Source: an uncultured Actinomycetes bacterium (GTDB lineage Bacteria > Actinomycetota > Actinomycetes > Streptosporangiales > Streptosporangiaceae). From it: 64,000 nt of DNA. Below are positions 45,605 to 55,260 of this stretch, one piece after another. The notes beneath the pieces were generated by a model. It made no database searches. It was given only the letters and a program-made list of their open reading frames with translations, and had not been told where the DNA came from. Both the position numbers and the translations under genes were made by a program. The stretch spans positions 169,230 through 233,229 of the forward strand of contig CAWIJO010000014.1 of NCBI GenBank assembly GCA_963836355.1, read 5' to 3'. Positions within the stretch are counted from its first letter, which is position 1. Every line of letters starts with the position of its first letter.

Positions 45605-46561
45605 CTACCGCCCGGCAGATCCGGCGCCATCCGCGCGAAGAGGCACGCCTGTCTCGATACTGACTGCGATCTCATATAGCGCGACATGGTCCGGGCCGAA
45701 GCTGGTGCCGCGACTGTGCCGGTCATGGCCGAGCCGGCCGGCCATCACCCGGGCACGACTCAGCTGCTCCTCGGCGGCTGCCCGGTCGCCGACCCGGGCC
45801 GCGGCGAGGGCGTGTAGCAGGGTCAGCGCGCCGCGAAGGGAAATTGCTGCCACGCTGCCGTCGGCGGCCAGCTCTCTCAGGGCATCCGCCGCCGCATTAG
45901 CTATCGCCCGTGCCTGGTCACACCGCCGGGTTTCAAGCAGGATGCACACCAGCAGGTATGCGCTGGCAGCGACCGCCTGCGGATCACCGGCCCGGTGCGC
46001 GGCGGTCAGCGCCCGATCGGCCGCGGTCAGGGCGCTGCCATGCTCGCCGAGCTTGGTCAGCGCCGCCGCGCACGCCTGGTAGCTGACCGCCATCAGCTCG
46101 TGCAGTCCGGCGAGCTGATGGTCAGGGGCGGCGCGGACGGCGGCGGCTAATTCCGGCAGCAGGTCACTAAGCAGCCGGGCCAGTTCCTGGTAGCGCCGGG
46201 CACCGGTCAGCGCCCACACTTCGGCGGTAATCGCGCCCCGGACCGCTGCTGAGCGCTCGCCGAGGACTCCGCACCGATCGCGCCGCCCCGGGCAATCGCC
46301 GGAGAGCACCAGCTGCAAGGCGCGTGCCTGCGCCGCGCTCTCGGGGCCAGCCGGCGGCGGGCTGGCCGGCTTCGCGGGTAACGGCAGGCTGGCAAGTGCT
46401 CCCGCGGTCGGCCCCGCCTGCACCAGGCCCCGCTCAAGCCGCGACAGCCAAGCCACCGGCCGGCCGAGCTTCCCGGCCAGTTCCGGCTGAGACCAGCCGC
46501 GGCTACGACGCAGCTCGGCGACACTCCGGCCGAGCGCCAGCTGAGTCTTCAGCGCACTCAC
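45605..46561 (-). CDS. XRE-family HTH regulator with helical-repeat (TPR-like) C-domain
   Basis: 'LGRSVAELRRSRGWSQPELAGKLGRPVAWLSRLERG', followed by an Ala/Leu-rich helical region. Confidence 0.8.
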   Translation of the reverse strand: MSALKTQLALGRSVAELRRSRGWSQPELAGKLGRPVAWLSRLERGLVQAGPTAGALASLPLPAKPASPPPAGPESAAQARALQLVLSGDCPGRRDRCGVLGERSAAVRGAITAEVWALTGARRYQELARLLSDLLPELAAAVRAAPDHQLAGLHELMAVSYQACAAALTKLGEHGSALTAADRALTAAHRAGDPQAVAASAYLLVCILLETRRCDQARAIANAAADALRELAADGSVAAISLRGALTLLHALAAARVGDRAAAEEQLSRARVMAGRLGHDRHSRGTSFGPDHVALYEIAVSIETGVPLRADGAGSAGR

Positions 46562-46804
46562 CCGCCCCCGTCCGGGCCGGGCTCACCAGCCATGCCCGCG
46601 CGCGGCTCGTGCATGTCGTATACGCCGCGGGGGGGCAGGCAGGACATAATCTCTCCTGGTCACCGGGAACCATCAGCTGCATTCAGTCCGTCAGGCGACC
46701 GTTTCACAGTCAGCTGCAAATGCGCAAGCGTCCTATGAGGTATGTGCGGTACTAACGGCCCATGTGCTGCGGAATGAACCGTTCGCACGGAGCAGGCCGT
46801 AACC

Positions 46805-46880
46805 TGGAGCCGCCTATCGGAATCGAACCGATGACCTATTCATTACGAGTGAATCGCTCTGCCGACTGAGCTAAGGCGGC
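46805..46880 (-). tRNA. tRNA-Thr (anticodon CGT)
   Basis: Reverse complement GCCGCCTTAGCTCAGTCGGCAGAGCGATTCACTCGTAATGAATAGGTCATCGGTTCGATTCCGATAGGCGGCTCCA folds as a cloverleaf with anticodon loop CTCGTAA. CCA is encoded. Confidence 0.93.
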
Positions 46881-46912
46881 GCGCCGCCACGGGGGACGGC
46901 AGCGGAAGGAGT

Positions 46913-47770
46913 CTACCGGTCCGCGGCCGGCTCCGGCCCGGGCATGTACTTGGCCTCATAGGCCTGCCGTGATCCGCACACGCTGGCTCGCGGGCACGCG
47001 CAGCGCCGGCCGTCCTCGGACAGCCTGACCACGACCTTGTCCGCCGGGACGCTGTGGCCGACCACCGTGCCCGGCCCTTCGGGCGTCTCGACGCTGGCGC
47101 CGAGCTTCGGCGCCTTCTTCTGGAAGTCCTGGTAGAGCGGATGCTCGTACTTCAGGCAGCACATGAGCCGGCCGCAGGCGCCGGCGATCCGGAGCGGGTT
47201 CACCGGCAGCTGCTGATCCTTGGCCATCCGCACCGACACTGGCTCGAAATCCTTAAGGAACGTCGAGCAGCAGGTGTCCCGCCCGCACGGGCCGATGCCG
47301 CCCTGCAGCCTGGCCTCGTCCCGCGGGCCGATCTGGCGCAGCTCGATCCGGACGCGCAGCCGCCCGGCGAGGTCGCGCACCAGCGCGCGGAAGTCGACCC
47401 GGTGCGGTGCGCTGAAGTAGACGGTCAGTACGTTGCTGGCGGCCACGTAGTCAACGGCGATAATCTTCATCGGCAGCCCGTGCTCGCGGACCAGCCGCCG
47501 GGCGGCCACCCGTCCCTCGGCCCGCTTGGCCCGGTTTGCCTCGTCCCTGGACAGGTGCTCATCGGTGGCAAGCCCGGCGCATACCGGGAGCCCGCCAACC
47601 TCCTCGCTGACCCACTGCGGCGCCCAGATGCACTCGGCAACCTCGGGGCCTGCGTCCGTGGGCACGAGCACCTTTGTCCCGACGGACGGTGCGTACTCCC
47701 CCGGATCCAGGTAGTACAGCCGGCCGTGCCGCTGGAAGCTGACTGCCATCATCATGCCCACGGCCCCCAC
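46913..47770 (-). CDS. PSP1-domain protein (RicT/YaaT-like)
   Basis: 'RLYYLDPG', 'IIAVDYVAASNVLTVYFSAPHRVDFRALVRDLAGRLRVRIELRQIGPRDEAR', 'GPCGRDTCCSTFL', 'ACGRLMCCLKYE'. The real start is probably among the MMMA codons near 47750. Confidence 0.85.
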   Translation of the reverse strand: MGAVGMMMAVSFQRHGRLYYLDPGEYAPSVGTKVLVPTDAGPEVAECIWAPQWVSEEVGGLPVCAGLATDEHLSRDEANRAKRAEGRVAARRLVREHGLPMKIIAVDYVAASNVLTVYFSAPHRVDFRALVRDLAGRLRVRIELRQIGPRDEARLQGGIGPCGRDTCCSTFLKDFEPVSVRMAKDQQLPVNPLRIAGACGRLMCCLKYEHPLYQDFQKKAPKLGASVETPEGPGTVVGHSVPADKVVVRLSEDGRRCACPRASVCGSRQAYEAKYMPGPEPAADR

Positions 47771-47811
47771 ATTACGGGCAGGTCACGAAGATCACCGCAG
47801 CGGGAGCCCAG

Positions 47812-48993
47812 TCACCGTGCCCCGGCGAGGGCGAGGGTCATCTCCTCGACCGCGAGCAGCGGCGCCACATTGGCGGCCAGCCGTTCCCGGCAGGTCATGA
47901 TCGCCTCCAGCTTTCGCACGGTGGCCTCCGGCGTCCCGGCGGCGGCAATCCGGTCCAGCTCAGCCCGCTGCCCGGCGTTGGCGAGTTCCACGTCGGCGCC
48001 GAACTGGATGGCGAGCACGTCCCGGTAGAACCAGGCCAGGTCGAGCAGCGCGAGATCGTATGAGTCCCGCTTGAGCCTGGTGTTACGCGACTTCTGCCGG
48101 TCCTCCAGGTCCTTCAGCGCGCCGGCCCCGCCGCGGATCGCGGTAGCCACTCCCTTGCCTGTCGACCCTTCGCCGAAGGCCTTGCGCAGCGCCTCCCGCT
48201 CCGGCACGTCGAGTTCCTCGGTAACGGCCGTGGCCTCGGTCTCGGCCGCCTTCACCAGGGCGGCAGCCGCAGCAAAGGCCGGCCCGAGGCTAGCGGCCTG
48301 CGACGGCACGCGAAGCACGGCAGCGCGCCGGGCGGCGGCCTCCGGATCAGTGGCAAGCCGCCGGGCGCGGCCGATGTGGCCCTGCGTGGCCCGGGCGGCG
48401 GCCAGCGCCCGGTCGGCGTCCACGCCCTCGCCGATCAGGACATCGGCGACCGCGGCGGTCGGCGGGATCCGGAGCGTGATCAGCCGGCACCTCGACCTGA
48501 TCGTGGTCGGCAGATCGGCCGCCGATGGCGCGCAGAGCAGCCAGATAGTCCGCGGGGCGGGCTCTTCGATGGCCTTTAGAAGGGCGTTCGCGGCCTGCTC
48601 GGTGGCCCGGTCGGCGTCTTCGAAGAGGACCACCCGCCAGCGCCCGTAGACCGGCGCGGCGGCGGCGCGCAGCACCAGGTTCCTGGTCTGCTTGACGCCG
48701 TAAGACAGCCCGTCCGGGCGGACGAGCAGCAGGTCAGCGTGGCCGCCTGCGGCCACCTGGCGGCAGGACGGGCACTCGCCGCAGCCGCCGCGATCGCAGA
48801 GCACCGCGGCGGCGAACGCGCGCGCGGCGAGGGACCGGCCGGAGCCAGGCGGCCCGGTGAACAGCCACGCATGAGTGATCGCCGCCGGGCCGACCGCAAT
48901 GGCCGACGTGAGCTGGGCAACTACCGCGTCCTGGCCGGCCAGCCCGGCGAAGACGCCGCCTGCCGAGGCCATTCGCGCCGCGTCCTCGTTCAC
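47812..48993 (-). CDS. holB: DNA polymerase III subunit delta'
   Basis: 'HAWLFTGPPGSGRS', zinc module 'CGECPSCRQVAAGGHADL', 'VVLFEDADRATEQAANALLKAIEEP', 'TIRSRC'. Confidence 0.9.
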   Translation of the reverse strand: MNEDAARMASAGGVFAGLAGQDAVVAQLTSAIAVGPAAITHAWLFTGPPGSGRSLAARAFAAAVLCDRGGCGECPSCRQVAAGGHADLLLVRPDGLSYGVKQTRNLVLRAAAAPVYGRWRVVLFEDADRATEQAANALLKAIEEPAPRTIWLLCAPSAADLPTTIRSRCRLITLRIPPTAAVADVLIGEGVDADRALAAARATQGHIGRARRLATDPEAAARRAAVLRVPSQAASLGPAFAAAAALVKAAETEATAVTEELDVPEREALRKAFGEGSTGKGVATAIRGGAGALKDLEDRQKSRNTRLKRDSYDLALLDLAWFYRDVLAIQFGADVELANAGQRAELDRIAAAGTPEATVRKLEAIMTCRERLAANVAPLLAVEEMTLALAGAR

Positions 48994-49002
48994 CTGGGTC
49001 CG

Positions 49003-51123
49003 TCAGTCCCGGATCGCCGGGAAGCTACCGGTGATCTCCTCGGCTGCCAGCGGCACCGGGTCCGGCAGCATCTCCCGCACCCGCTCCTGGATCGTCCGGC
49101 TGAGGTCAGCCGAGGGCCGGGTCGCGTCCAGGACAAGGTAGCGGTCCGGGTTGGCCTCGGCGGCCAGCGTCAGGAAGCCCCGCCGGACCCGGTCGTGAAA
49201 CTCGGCGGGCTCGGCCTCCAGCCGGTCGGCCGACCGCGCCCGGCGGCGCAGCCCGGTGGCCGGCGGCAGGTCGAGGACGATCGTGAGATCAGGCTGCAGT
49301 CCGCCGGTCGCCCAGTCGTTCAGGCTGGCTATCTCGTCGACCGGCAGCAGCCGGCCCGCGCCCTGGTACGCGAGCGAGGAATCGATATACCGGTCAGTGA
49401 CCACGATCGCCCCCCGGTCCAGCGCCGGGGCGATGACCGCGGCGACATGCTCGGCCCGGTCCGCCGCGTACATCAGCGTCTCGGCGCGGTCGGACAGGCC
49501 GGTGTGCGCCGTATCGAGCAGCAGCGCGCGCAGCCGCATCCCGACCTTGGTCGCGCCGGGCTCGTGCGTTGCCACGACGTCGAACCCCTGATCGCGCAGC
49601 CAGATCGCGAGCAGCCTGGCCTGGGTGGACTTGCCCGCGCCCTCGCCGCCCTCCAGCGCGAGCAGCAGGCCGCGCCGGACGGCCGGGGCACTGCCATTGG
49701 GGTGCCCGGGCACCGGCCGGAATTCCTCGCCGCGGAACACCGCGGACAGGTCGTCGAGCAGCGGCACGCCCCGCCGGTCATCCATCTGCCGGTAGGAGAC
49801 GACGCCGAGCACGACGGCGACCGCGGCGGCCAGCAGCAGCACCACGTTGTCGCCGACGCCACCATAGCCGAGCCAGCCGATCCGGACGAAGTCTGCGCCG
49901 GTCAGGCCGTGCACCGCGGCCGTGATCCCGGCGGCCAGCGACGGCGCGATGGCGATCACGGCGAACAGGATCACCCTGATCGCCGACTGCAGGAACGCGA
50001 ATGTGCGGCCGCGGGTGTCGTCGTCGACCTCAAGCCCGACGATGGTGTAGCCGGTCACGTAGGCGATGCCGGCGCAGGCGCCGAGCGCGACTACGAGGAC
50101 GATGACCACGACCAGGTTCGGGATGAGCCCGATCAGCGCCAGCGGTACTGCGGCGGATGCGATGGACACCCCGAACAGCCGCCGCCTGCTGAACCCGCGC
50201 AGGATCCGCAGGCCAAGGAACATGCCCGCGGCCATCCCCAGGAAGATTCCGGAGAACACCACGCCCCAGCCCGCGTTGCCGCCGTGCAGCGTGTTCCTGA
50301 CGTAGGCGGGGCCGAGGCCGACGACCACGCCGCCGGCCGCGAACGCGCCGACCATGCCGATCACGATCCCGCGGACCACCTGGGTCTTGCCCAGGAACCG
50401 CCAGCCCTCCCAGATGGCCTTCGCCACCGATGGCGCCGAGATCTGGCCGCGGGCCTGGCGCTTCGGGATCTCCCTGAGCAGGAAGATGGTCACGGCGGAG
50501 ACCACGAAGGTGGCCGCATTGAAGTAGATCGCCAGGTTGACCGGGTTGGTGGTGAAATAGTGCGATGCCGCGCCGAGCGCCCTGGTCACCAGCGCGAGCA
50601 TGGCGAACAGCAGTCCGGCCACCGGCGCGGTGCCGTAGGTGGTCAGCAGGCTCAGCTGGTTGGCCTGCTCCAGCTTGTCCGGCGGCACCAGGTTCGGCAC
50701 CGACGCGTCCTTGGCCGGCGTCCAGAACAGCGAGGCGCTGGACGCCAGGAACTGCACGATGTACATCCAGGTCAGCTCGTCGACCAGGTGCAACCGCAGG
50801 TTAAGCGGGATGGACAGGTACAGCACCGCCCGCACGACGTCCCCGACGATCATGTTCATCCGGCGGTCGAACCGGTCCGCGAAGGCGCCCGCTAGCGGGC
50901 CGAGGAACAGCGCCGGCAGTAGCGAGGTGAGCCACACCCCGCCGACCGCGGCGTTCTGCTGCACGAACCCGTGCCCGATGGTCAGCTCGCCAGCTAGCGC
51001 GGTGAGCGCCAGCAGGCTCAGCCAGTCCCCGAGGCTGGACAGCGACAGCGCTATCCAGAGGCGCCGGAACGGCCTGATGGACAGGACGCCGTTCCGATCT
51101 CCCAAAGGGGATCTAAAGTTCAC
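49003..51123 (-). CDS. tmk: MFS-type membrane domain fused to dTMP kinase
   Basis: 706 aa. About 12 TM segments at the N-terminus, then 'LLLALEGGEGAGKSTQARLLAIWLRDQGFDVVATHEPG...DRYIDSSLAYQG' (thymidylate kinase P-loop and DR(Y/H) motif). Confidence 0.88.
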   Translation of the reverse strand: MNFRSPLGDRNGVLSIRPFRRLWIALSLSSLGDWLSLLALTALAGELTIGHGFVQQNAAVGGVWLTSLLPALFLGPLAGAFADRFDRRMNMIVGDVVRAVLYLSIPLNLRLHLVDELTWMYIVQFLASSASLFWTPAKDASVPNLVPPDKLEQANQLSLLTTYGTAPVAGLLFAMLALVTRALGAASHYFTTNPVNLAIYFNAATFVVSAVTIFLLREIPKRQARGQISAPSVAKAIWEGWRFLGKTQVVRGIVIGMVGAFAAGGVVVGLGPAYVRNTLHGGNAGWGVVFSGIFLGMAAGMFLGLRILRGFSRRRLFGVSIASAAVPLALIGLIPNLVVVIVLVVALGACAGIAYVTGYTIVGLEVDDDTRGRTFAFLQSAIRVILFAVIAIAPSLAAGITAAVHGLTGADFVRIGWLGYGGVGDNVVLLLAAAVAVVLGVVSYRQMDDRRGVPLLDDLSAVFRGEEFRPVPGHPNGSAPAVRRGLLLALEGGEGAGKSTQARLLAIWLRDQGFDVVATHEPGATKVGMRLRALLLDTAHTGLSDRAETLMYAADRAEHVAAVIAPALDRGAIVVTDRYIDSSLAYQGAGRLLPVDEIASLNDWATGGLQPDLTIVLDLPPATGLRRRARSADRLEAEPAEFHDRVRRGFLTLAAEANPDRYLVLDATRPSADLSRTIQERVREMLPDPVPLAAEEITGSFPAIRD

Positions 51124-51202
51124 TGCGCCAGGGTATCGGCAGATCGCCGCACGGACACGGCGCTACGGCCGGTACGTCCCCGCCGGGAACAGCTGCCTGC
51201 TG

Positions 51203-53968
51203 TCACGCATTCTTGCCGCGGGCCGGGCGGCCACCCCCGCGGGCCGGGCTGCCGCTGCCGCGCGCCGGAGCGGACCGCGGGCTGGCCTTGCCGCCGCGGG
51301 TGGTCCGGCTGGCTCCGGCCGCCTTGCGGCGCGGTGCGGGCGGCCCGGCCGCCCGCCGCTCGGCCAGCAGTTCGGCCGCGCGCTGCAGGGTCACCGATTC
51401 CACCAGGTCGCCCTTGCGCAGCGAGGCGTTCGTCTCGCCGTCGGTGGCGTACGGGCCCCAGCGGCCCTCCTTGAGCACGATCGGCTTGCCGCTGGCCGGG
51501 TCCTCGCCAAGCTCCCGCAGCGGCGGCGCGGCCGCAGCCCTGGCCGCCCGGCCGCGCGGCTTCGGCTGCGCGAACAGGTCCTTGGCCTCGGCCAGCGTGA
51601 CGGTGAACATCTGCTCCTCGCTTTCCAGCGAGCGGCTGTCCGTGCCTTTCTTCACGTACGGCCCGTACCGCCCGTTCTGCACCGTCACCGGCTCGCCATC
51701 GAGCTCGCCCAGGGTGCGGGGCAGGGTCAGCAGCCGCAGCGCGTCGTCCAGCGTCACGGTGTCCAGCTCCATGGACTTCAGCAGCGACGCCGACCGCGGC
51801 TTGGCTGAGGCCGGCCCGTCCTCGCCGAGCACCTCGGTCACGTACGGGCCGAACCGGCCAGCCTTGGCCACGACGGCGCGCCCGGTGGCCGGGTCGGTGC
51901 CGAGCGCGATGTCCCCGCTGGGCCGCGACAGCAGCTCGTCCGCCAGCTCGGCGGTCAGCTCGTCCGGCGCCGTGCCCTCCGGGATGTTGGCCCGCTGGCC
52001 GTCCCGCTCCAGGTACGGGCCGTACCGGCCGACCCGGGCCACGATGTCGGTGCCGGCCAGCGGGAACGAGCTGACCGCCCGGGCGTCGATGTCGCCCAGG
52101 TCGCTGACCATCTCCTTGAGGCCTTCCTCCTGGACGCCGTCCGCGCCGTCGGTGCCGAAGTAGAACCGGCGCAGCCACGGCACCCGGGCCGCCTCGCCCC
52201 TGGCGATCTCGTCCAGGGCGCCTTCCATCCGCGCGGTGAAGTCGTAGTCGACCAGATGCGCGAAATGCTGCTCGAGCAGCGTCACCACGGCGAACGCGAT
52301 GAACGAGGGGACGAGCGCGGTTCCCTTCTTGAAAACGTAGCCGCGGTCCAGGATCGTGCCGATGATCGATGCGTAGGTAGACGGCCTGCCGATCTCCCTG
52401 TCTTCCAGCTCCTTGATCAGGGATGCCTCGGTGTAGCGGGCCGGCGGCCTGGTCGCGTGCTCGGCCGGGGCCAGGCTGACCGCGGCGAGCGGGTCCGCCT
52501 CGGCCAGCGGCGGCAGCCTGCGCTGGTTGTCGTCGAGCTCGGCGTCCGGGTCGTCGGAGCCCTCGACGTACGCCTTCAGGAACCCGTAGAAGCCGATCAC
52601 CTTGCCGGACGCGCCGAACTCGGTCTTCGCCCCGGTCCACTGGCCAGGAGCAGTGCGCGGGTCTGCATCCGCCCGCGCGGTGCCGGTCACCCGCACCGAG
52701 ACGGACTCGCCGGTGGCGTCCTTCATCTGCGACGCGACGGTGCGCTTCCAGACCAGCTCGTACAGCCGGAACTCGTCGCCGGTCAGGCCGGTCCTGGCTG
52801 GCGTCCGGAAGCTGTCCCCGGACGGCCGGATCGCCTCGTGCGCCTCCTGCGCGCTCTTTACCTTGCTGGTGTAGACGCGCGGCGCGTCCGGCACGTACTC
52901 GGCACCGTAAAGCTCACGGGCCTGCGCCCTGGCCGCGCTGATCGCGGTCTGCGACAGCGTGATCGAGTCGGTCCGCATATAGGTGATGTGACCGTTCTCG
53001 TACAGCCGCTGCGCCACCGCCATCGCGTACTTGGCGGAGAAGCCCAGCTTGCGGGATGCCTCCTGCTGCAGTGTCGTGGTGCGGAACGGCGCGTACGGCG
53101 ACCTGCGGTACGGCTTGCGCTCGACTGAGCCGACACTGAAGTCCGCGCCGTCCAGCCGCCCGGCCAGCGCCGCGGCGGCCGCGCCGTCCAGGTGCAGGAT
53201 GTCGGCCGACTTCAGCTCGCCGGTGGAGCCGAAGTCCCGGCCCTGCGCTACCCGCCTGCCGTCGACGGCGACCAGCGAGGCCGGGAAAGCGGACCGGTCC
53301 TCGCCGCGGACCGGCGCGAACTCGGCCTCCAGATCCCAGTACTGCGAGCCGCGGAACGCGATCCGCTCGCGCTCCCGGTCAACAACTAGCCGGATGGCCA
53401 CCGACTGCACCCGGCCCGCCGACAGCCGCGGCATGACCTTCTTCCACAGCACCGGCGAGACCTCGTACCCGTACAGCCGGTCCAGCACCCGCCGGGTCTG
53501 GTAGGCGTCGACCAGGCCGTTGTCCATCGCCCGCGGGCTGGCGACGGCATGCGCGATCGCCTCCGGGGTGATCTCGTGGAACACCATCCGGCTGGCCGGG
53601 ATCTTGGGCTTGAGTTCCTCGAGAAGGTGCCAGGCGATGGCCTCGCCCTCGCGGTCCTCATCAGTGGCCAGCAGCAGTTCGTCGGCATCCTTGAGCAGCG
53701 ACTTCAACTTCGCGACCTGCTGCTTCTTGTCGGTGTTGACGACATAGAGCGGCTCGAAGTCGGCATCCACGTTGACGCCGAGACGGGCCCACGGCTCGCC
53801 GCGGTATTTGGCGGGGATCTCGGCAGCGGAGTCTGGCATGTCGCGAATGTGCCCGACGCTGGACTCCACTACATAGCCCTTGCCGAGATAGCCGGCGATG
53901 GTGCGCGCCTTCGTCGGCGACTCGACGATGACGAGTCGCCGCAGGCCGTCGCTGGCGGATTCCGCCAG
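51203..53968 (-). CDS. topA: DNA topoisomerase I (5' end unresolved: CTG start or frameshift)
   Basis: Toprim 'RRLVIVESPTKARTIAGYLGKGYVVESSVGHIRDMP', 'LLATDEDREGEAIAWH', catalytic region 'ITYMRTDS', basic C-terminal tail. The track ORF begins at GTG 53869, inside the Toprim domain. The in-frame upstream sequence has no ATG/GTG/TTG back to a TGA. CTG 53968 would give (M)AESASDGLRRLVIVESP. Confidence 0.9.
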   Translation of the reverse strand: MAESASDGLRRLVIVESPTKARTIAGYLGKGYVVESSVGHIRDMPDSAAEIPAKYRGEPWARLGVNVDADFEPLYVVNTDKKQQVAKLKSLLKDADELLLATDEDREGEAIAWHLLEELKPKIPASRMVFHEITPEAIAHAVASPRAMDNGLVDAYQTRRVLDRLYGYEVSPVLWKKVMPRLSAGRVQSVAIRLVVDRERERIAFRGSQYWDLEAEFAPVRGEDRSAFPASLVAVDGRRVAQGRDFGSTGELKSADILHLDGAAAAALAGRLDGADFSVGSVERKPYRRSPYAPFRTTTLQQEASRKLGFSAKYAMAVAQRLYENGHITYMRTDSITLSQTAISAARAQARELYGAEYVPDAPRVYTSKVKSAQEAHEAIRPSGDSFRTPARTGLTGDEFRLYELVWKRTVASQMKDATGESVSVRVTGTARADADPRTAPGQWTGAKTEFGASGKVIGFYGFLKAYVEGSDDPDAELDDNQRRLPPLAEADPLAAVSLAPAEHATRPPARYTEASLIKELEDREIGRPSTYASIIGTILDRGYVFKKGTALVPSFIAFAVVTLLEQHFAHLVDYDFTARMEGALDEIARGEAARVPWLRRFYFGTDGADGVQEEGLKEMVSDLGDIDARAVSSFPLAGTDIVARVGRYGPYLERDGQRANIPEGTAPDELTAELADELLSRPSGDIALGTDPATGRAVVAKAGRFGPYVTEVLGEDGPASAKPRSASLLKSMELDTVTLDDALRLLTLPRTLGELDGEPVTVQNGRYGPYVKKGTDSRSLESEEQMFTVTLAEAKDLFAQPKPRGRAARAAAAPPLRELGEDPASGKPIVLKEGRWGPYATDGETNASLRKGDLVESVTLQRAAELLAERRAAGPPAPRRKAAGASRTTRGGKASPRSAPARGSGSPARGGGRPARGKNA

Positions 53969-54269
53969 CCCTGGCGCCTTTCGCGGCCAATCCAGTTCTT
54001 GCTGCCACGCTCTTCACCCTCACATCCCACGGACGCCCTGGAGGCTACCGCAGGCGATCAGCAGGCGGCCCGCAAAGTGGCCACTGCGCCGCCCGTGACA
54101 CCATCGTCACGGCACTACGGCCGGGACTGGCCGCGGCCGGCAAGCCGCCGTTCGCGTCCGTGTCCCGTACTTTCAACTCGCCGCGGCATCCTGCGTGTTC
54201 CCCGCGGCAAAGCTGCCCTTTTTCCTAACGCCGATTGAACTGCCTGGCCGACCGCGCAGAATGAGGATG

Positions 54270-54458
54270 ATGGCGGAGTACTCCTACCTTGTCCTGCACC
54301 TGCCGCGCGGAACGCCGAGGGACGTCGCACGGCGAATCCTCACGGATCACGCCGAGTACGGCGACTGGGAACTGGCCCGGCTGCGGCTGAATCCAGACGG
54401 CAGCAGAAAGGCTACCCTGCGCCGGCAGATCATCAGGCCAGTACGGACGTTGCGCTGA
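54270..54458 (+). CDS. small conserved actinobacterial protein (DUF5703-like, from memory)
   Basis: MAEYSYLVLHLPRGTPRDVARRILTDHAEYGDWELARLRLNPDGSRKATLRRQIIRPV. Position next to topA is typical. Start is among three close ATGs (54261-54270). Confidence 0.6.
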   Translation: MAEYSYLVLHLPRGTPRDVARRILTDHAEYGDWELARLRLNPDGSRKATLRRQIIRPVRTLR

Positions 54459-54487
54459 CCGGGCTGGGGCCGGCCGCGGCGCGATGA

Positions 54488-54919
54488 TCAGTCGCGGCCG
54501 CCGCCGGGCAGCGCCGGCCCGGCCATCGCACGGCCCGGCCGCAGCCCGGTCATCCGGCTGGCCAGGCCGGGCGGCGGCGCGGCGTGCCTGGGCAGCACCC
54601 GGCGCACTTCGGCCCGCGGCCGCCCGGTCCTGGCCCAGCGGGGCGGGCTGCGATGCGCGCCTGCCGGCGCGGCGCGTTCCGGACGGCGCAGCAGCCGCCG
54701 CCTGGTGTCGGCCGGCCTCCTGGCTAACCGGGCGCGGCGCGCGGACAGGGCCCGCCAGGGCCGCCGCGGGCTGGCGATGGCGAGGACGAAAGCCCCGGAA
54801 AGCAGCGCGCCCGCGGCGAAGCCGTCCAGCCCGTCGGCCCGGAGCAGGGCGGGCACGCCGGCGGCCAGGCCAGGCGCCAGCCAGGCCTTGTGCGCTGCCG
54901 AGATGGCCAGGATGTTCAT
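54488..54919 (-). CDS. hypothetical membrane-anchored Arg-rich protein
   Basis: ATG 54919 six nt after GAGGAG. MNILAISAAHKAWLAPGLAAGVPALL...GALLSGAFVLAIA, then a long basic tail. GC3 is high throughout. Confidence 0.4.
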   Translation of the reverse strand: MNILAISAAHKAWLAPGLAAGVPALLRADGLDGFAAGALLSGAFVLAIASPRRPWRALSARRARLARRPADTRRRLLRRPERAAPAGAHRSPPRWARTGRPRAEVRRVLPRHAAPPPGLASRMTGLRPGRAMAGPALPGGGRD

Positions 54920-55260
54920 GATCGGCTCCTCGTCATTGCCGTGCTGATGTTTCATTTTTTTTAACGGATAGTTATCTGGCCAGTGCGCTGCGTACTCGGG
55001 TATGGACACGGTGGCCCGCGCGGCGCCATTCGGGCTGGCGTCGCGGCGGAGCCTCGTGCGGGCGGGGGTCAGGCGGCTTTCTGGTTCCCTGGGCCAGCGC
55101 CGGGCGGCACTGGCCGAAGGTTCGCAAGAGCGACCATCGTACAGTGCGTAATAATATCACTACTCATTGTATGCAAGCGGCATTATGCCGACCTGTCGCG
55201 TGTCGGCGCCACGGCCGCCATCTGCATCCGCCCGCGGTGGCGCTGACCTGCTGCGGAGCG

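Noticed and set aside
48739-50895. 718-aa plus-strand ORF
   Set aside because: It is antisense to holB and the MFS::tmk gene. No motifs, Arg/Gly/Pro/Asp-rich.
51120-52640. 506-aa minus-strand ORF overlapping topA in another frame
   Set aside because: The topA frame carries the conserved topoisomerase sequence. The alternative frame is an Arg/Gly/Pro-rich artefact.
54930-55230. AT-rich patch (T8 run, 'ggatagttatc', 'taataatatcactactcattgtatgc') considered as an ncRNA or foreign insert
   Set aside because: No convincing secondary structure or repeats are seen. It is most simply the promoter/terminator spacer between the 54919 gene and the M20 peptidase gene.
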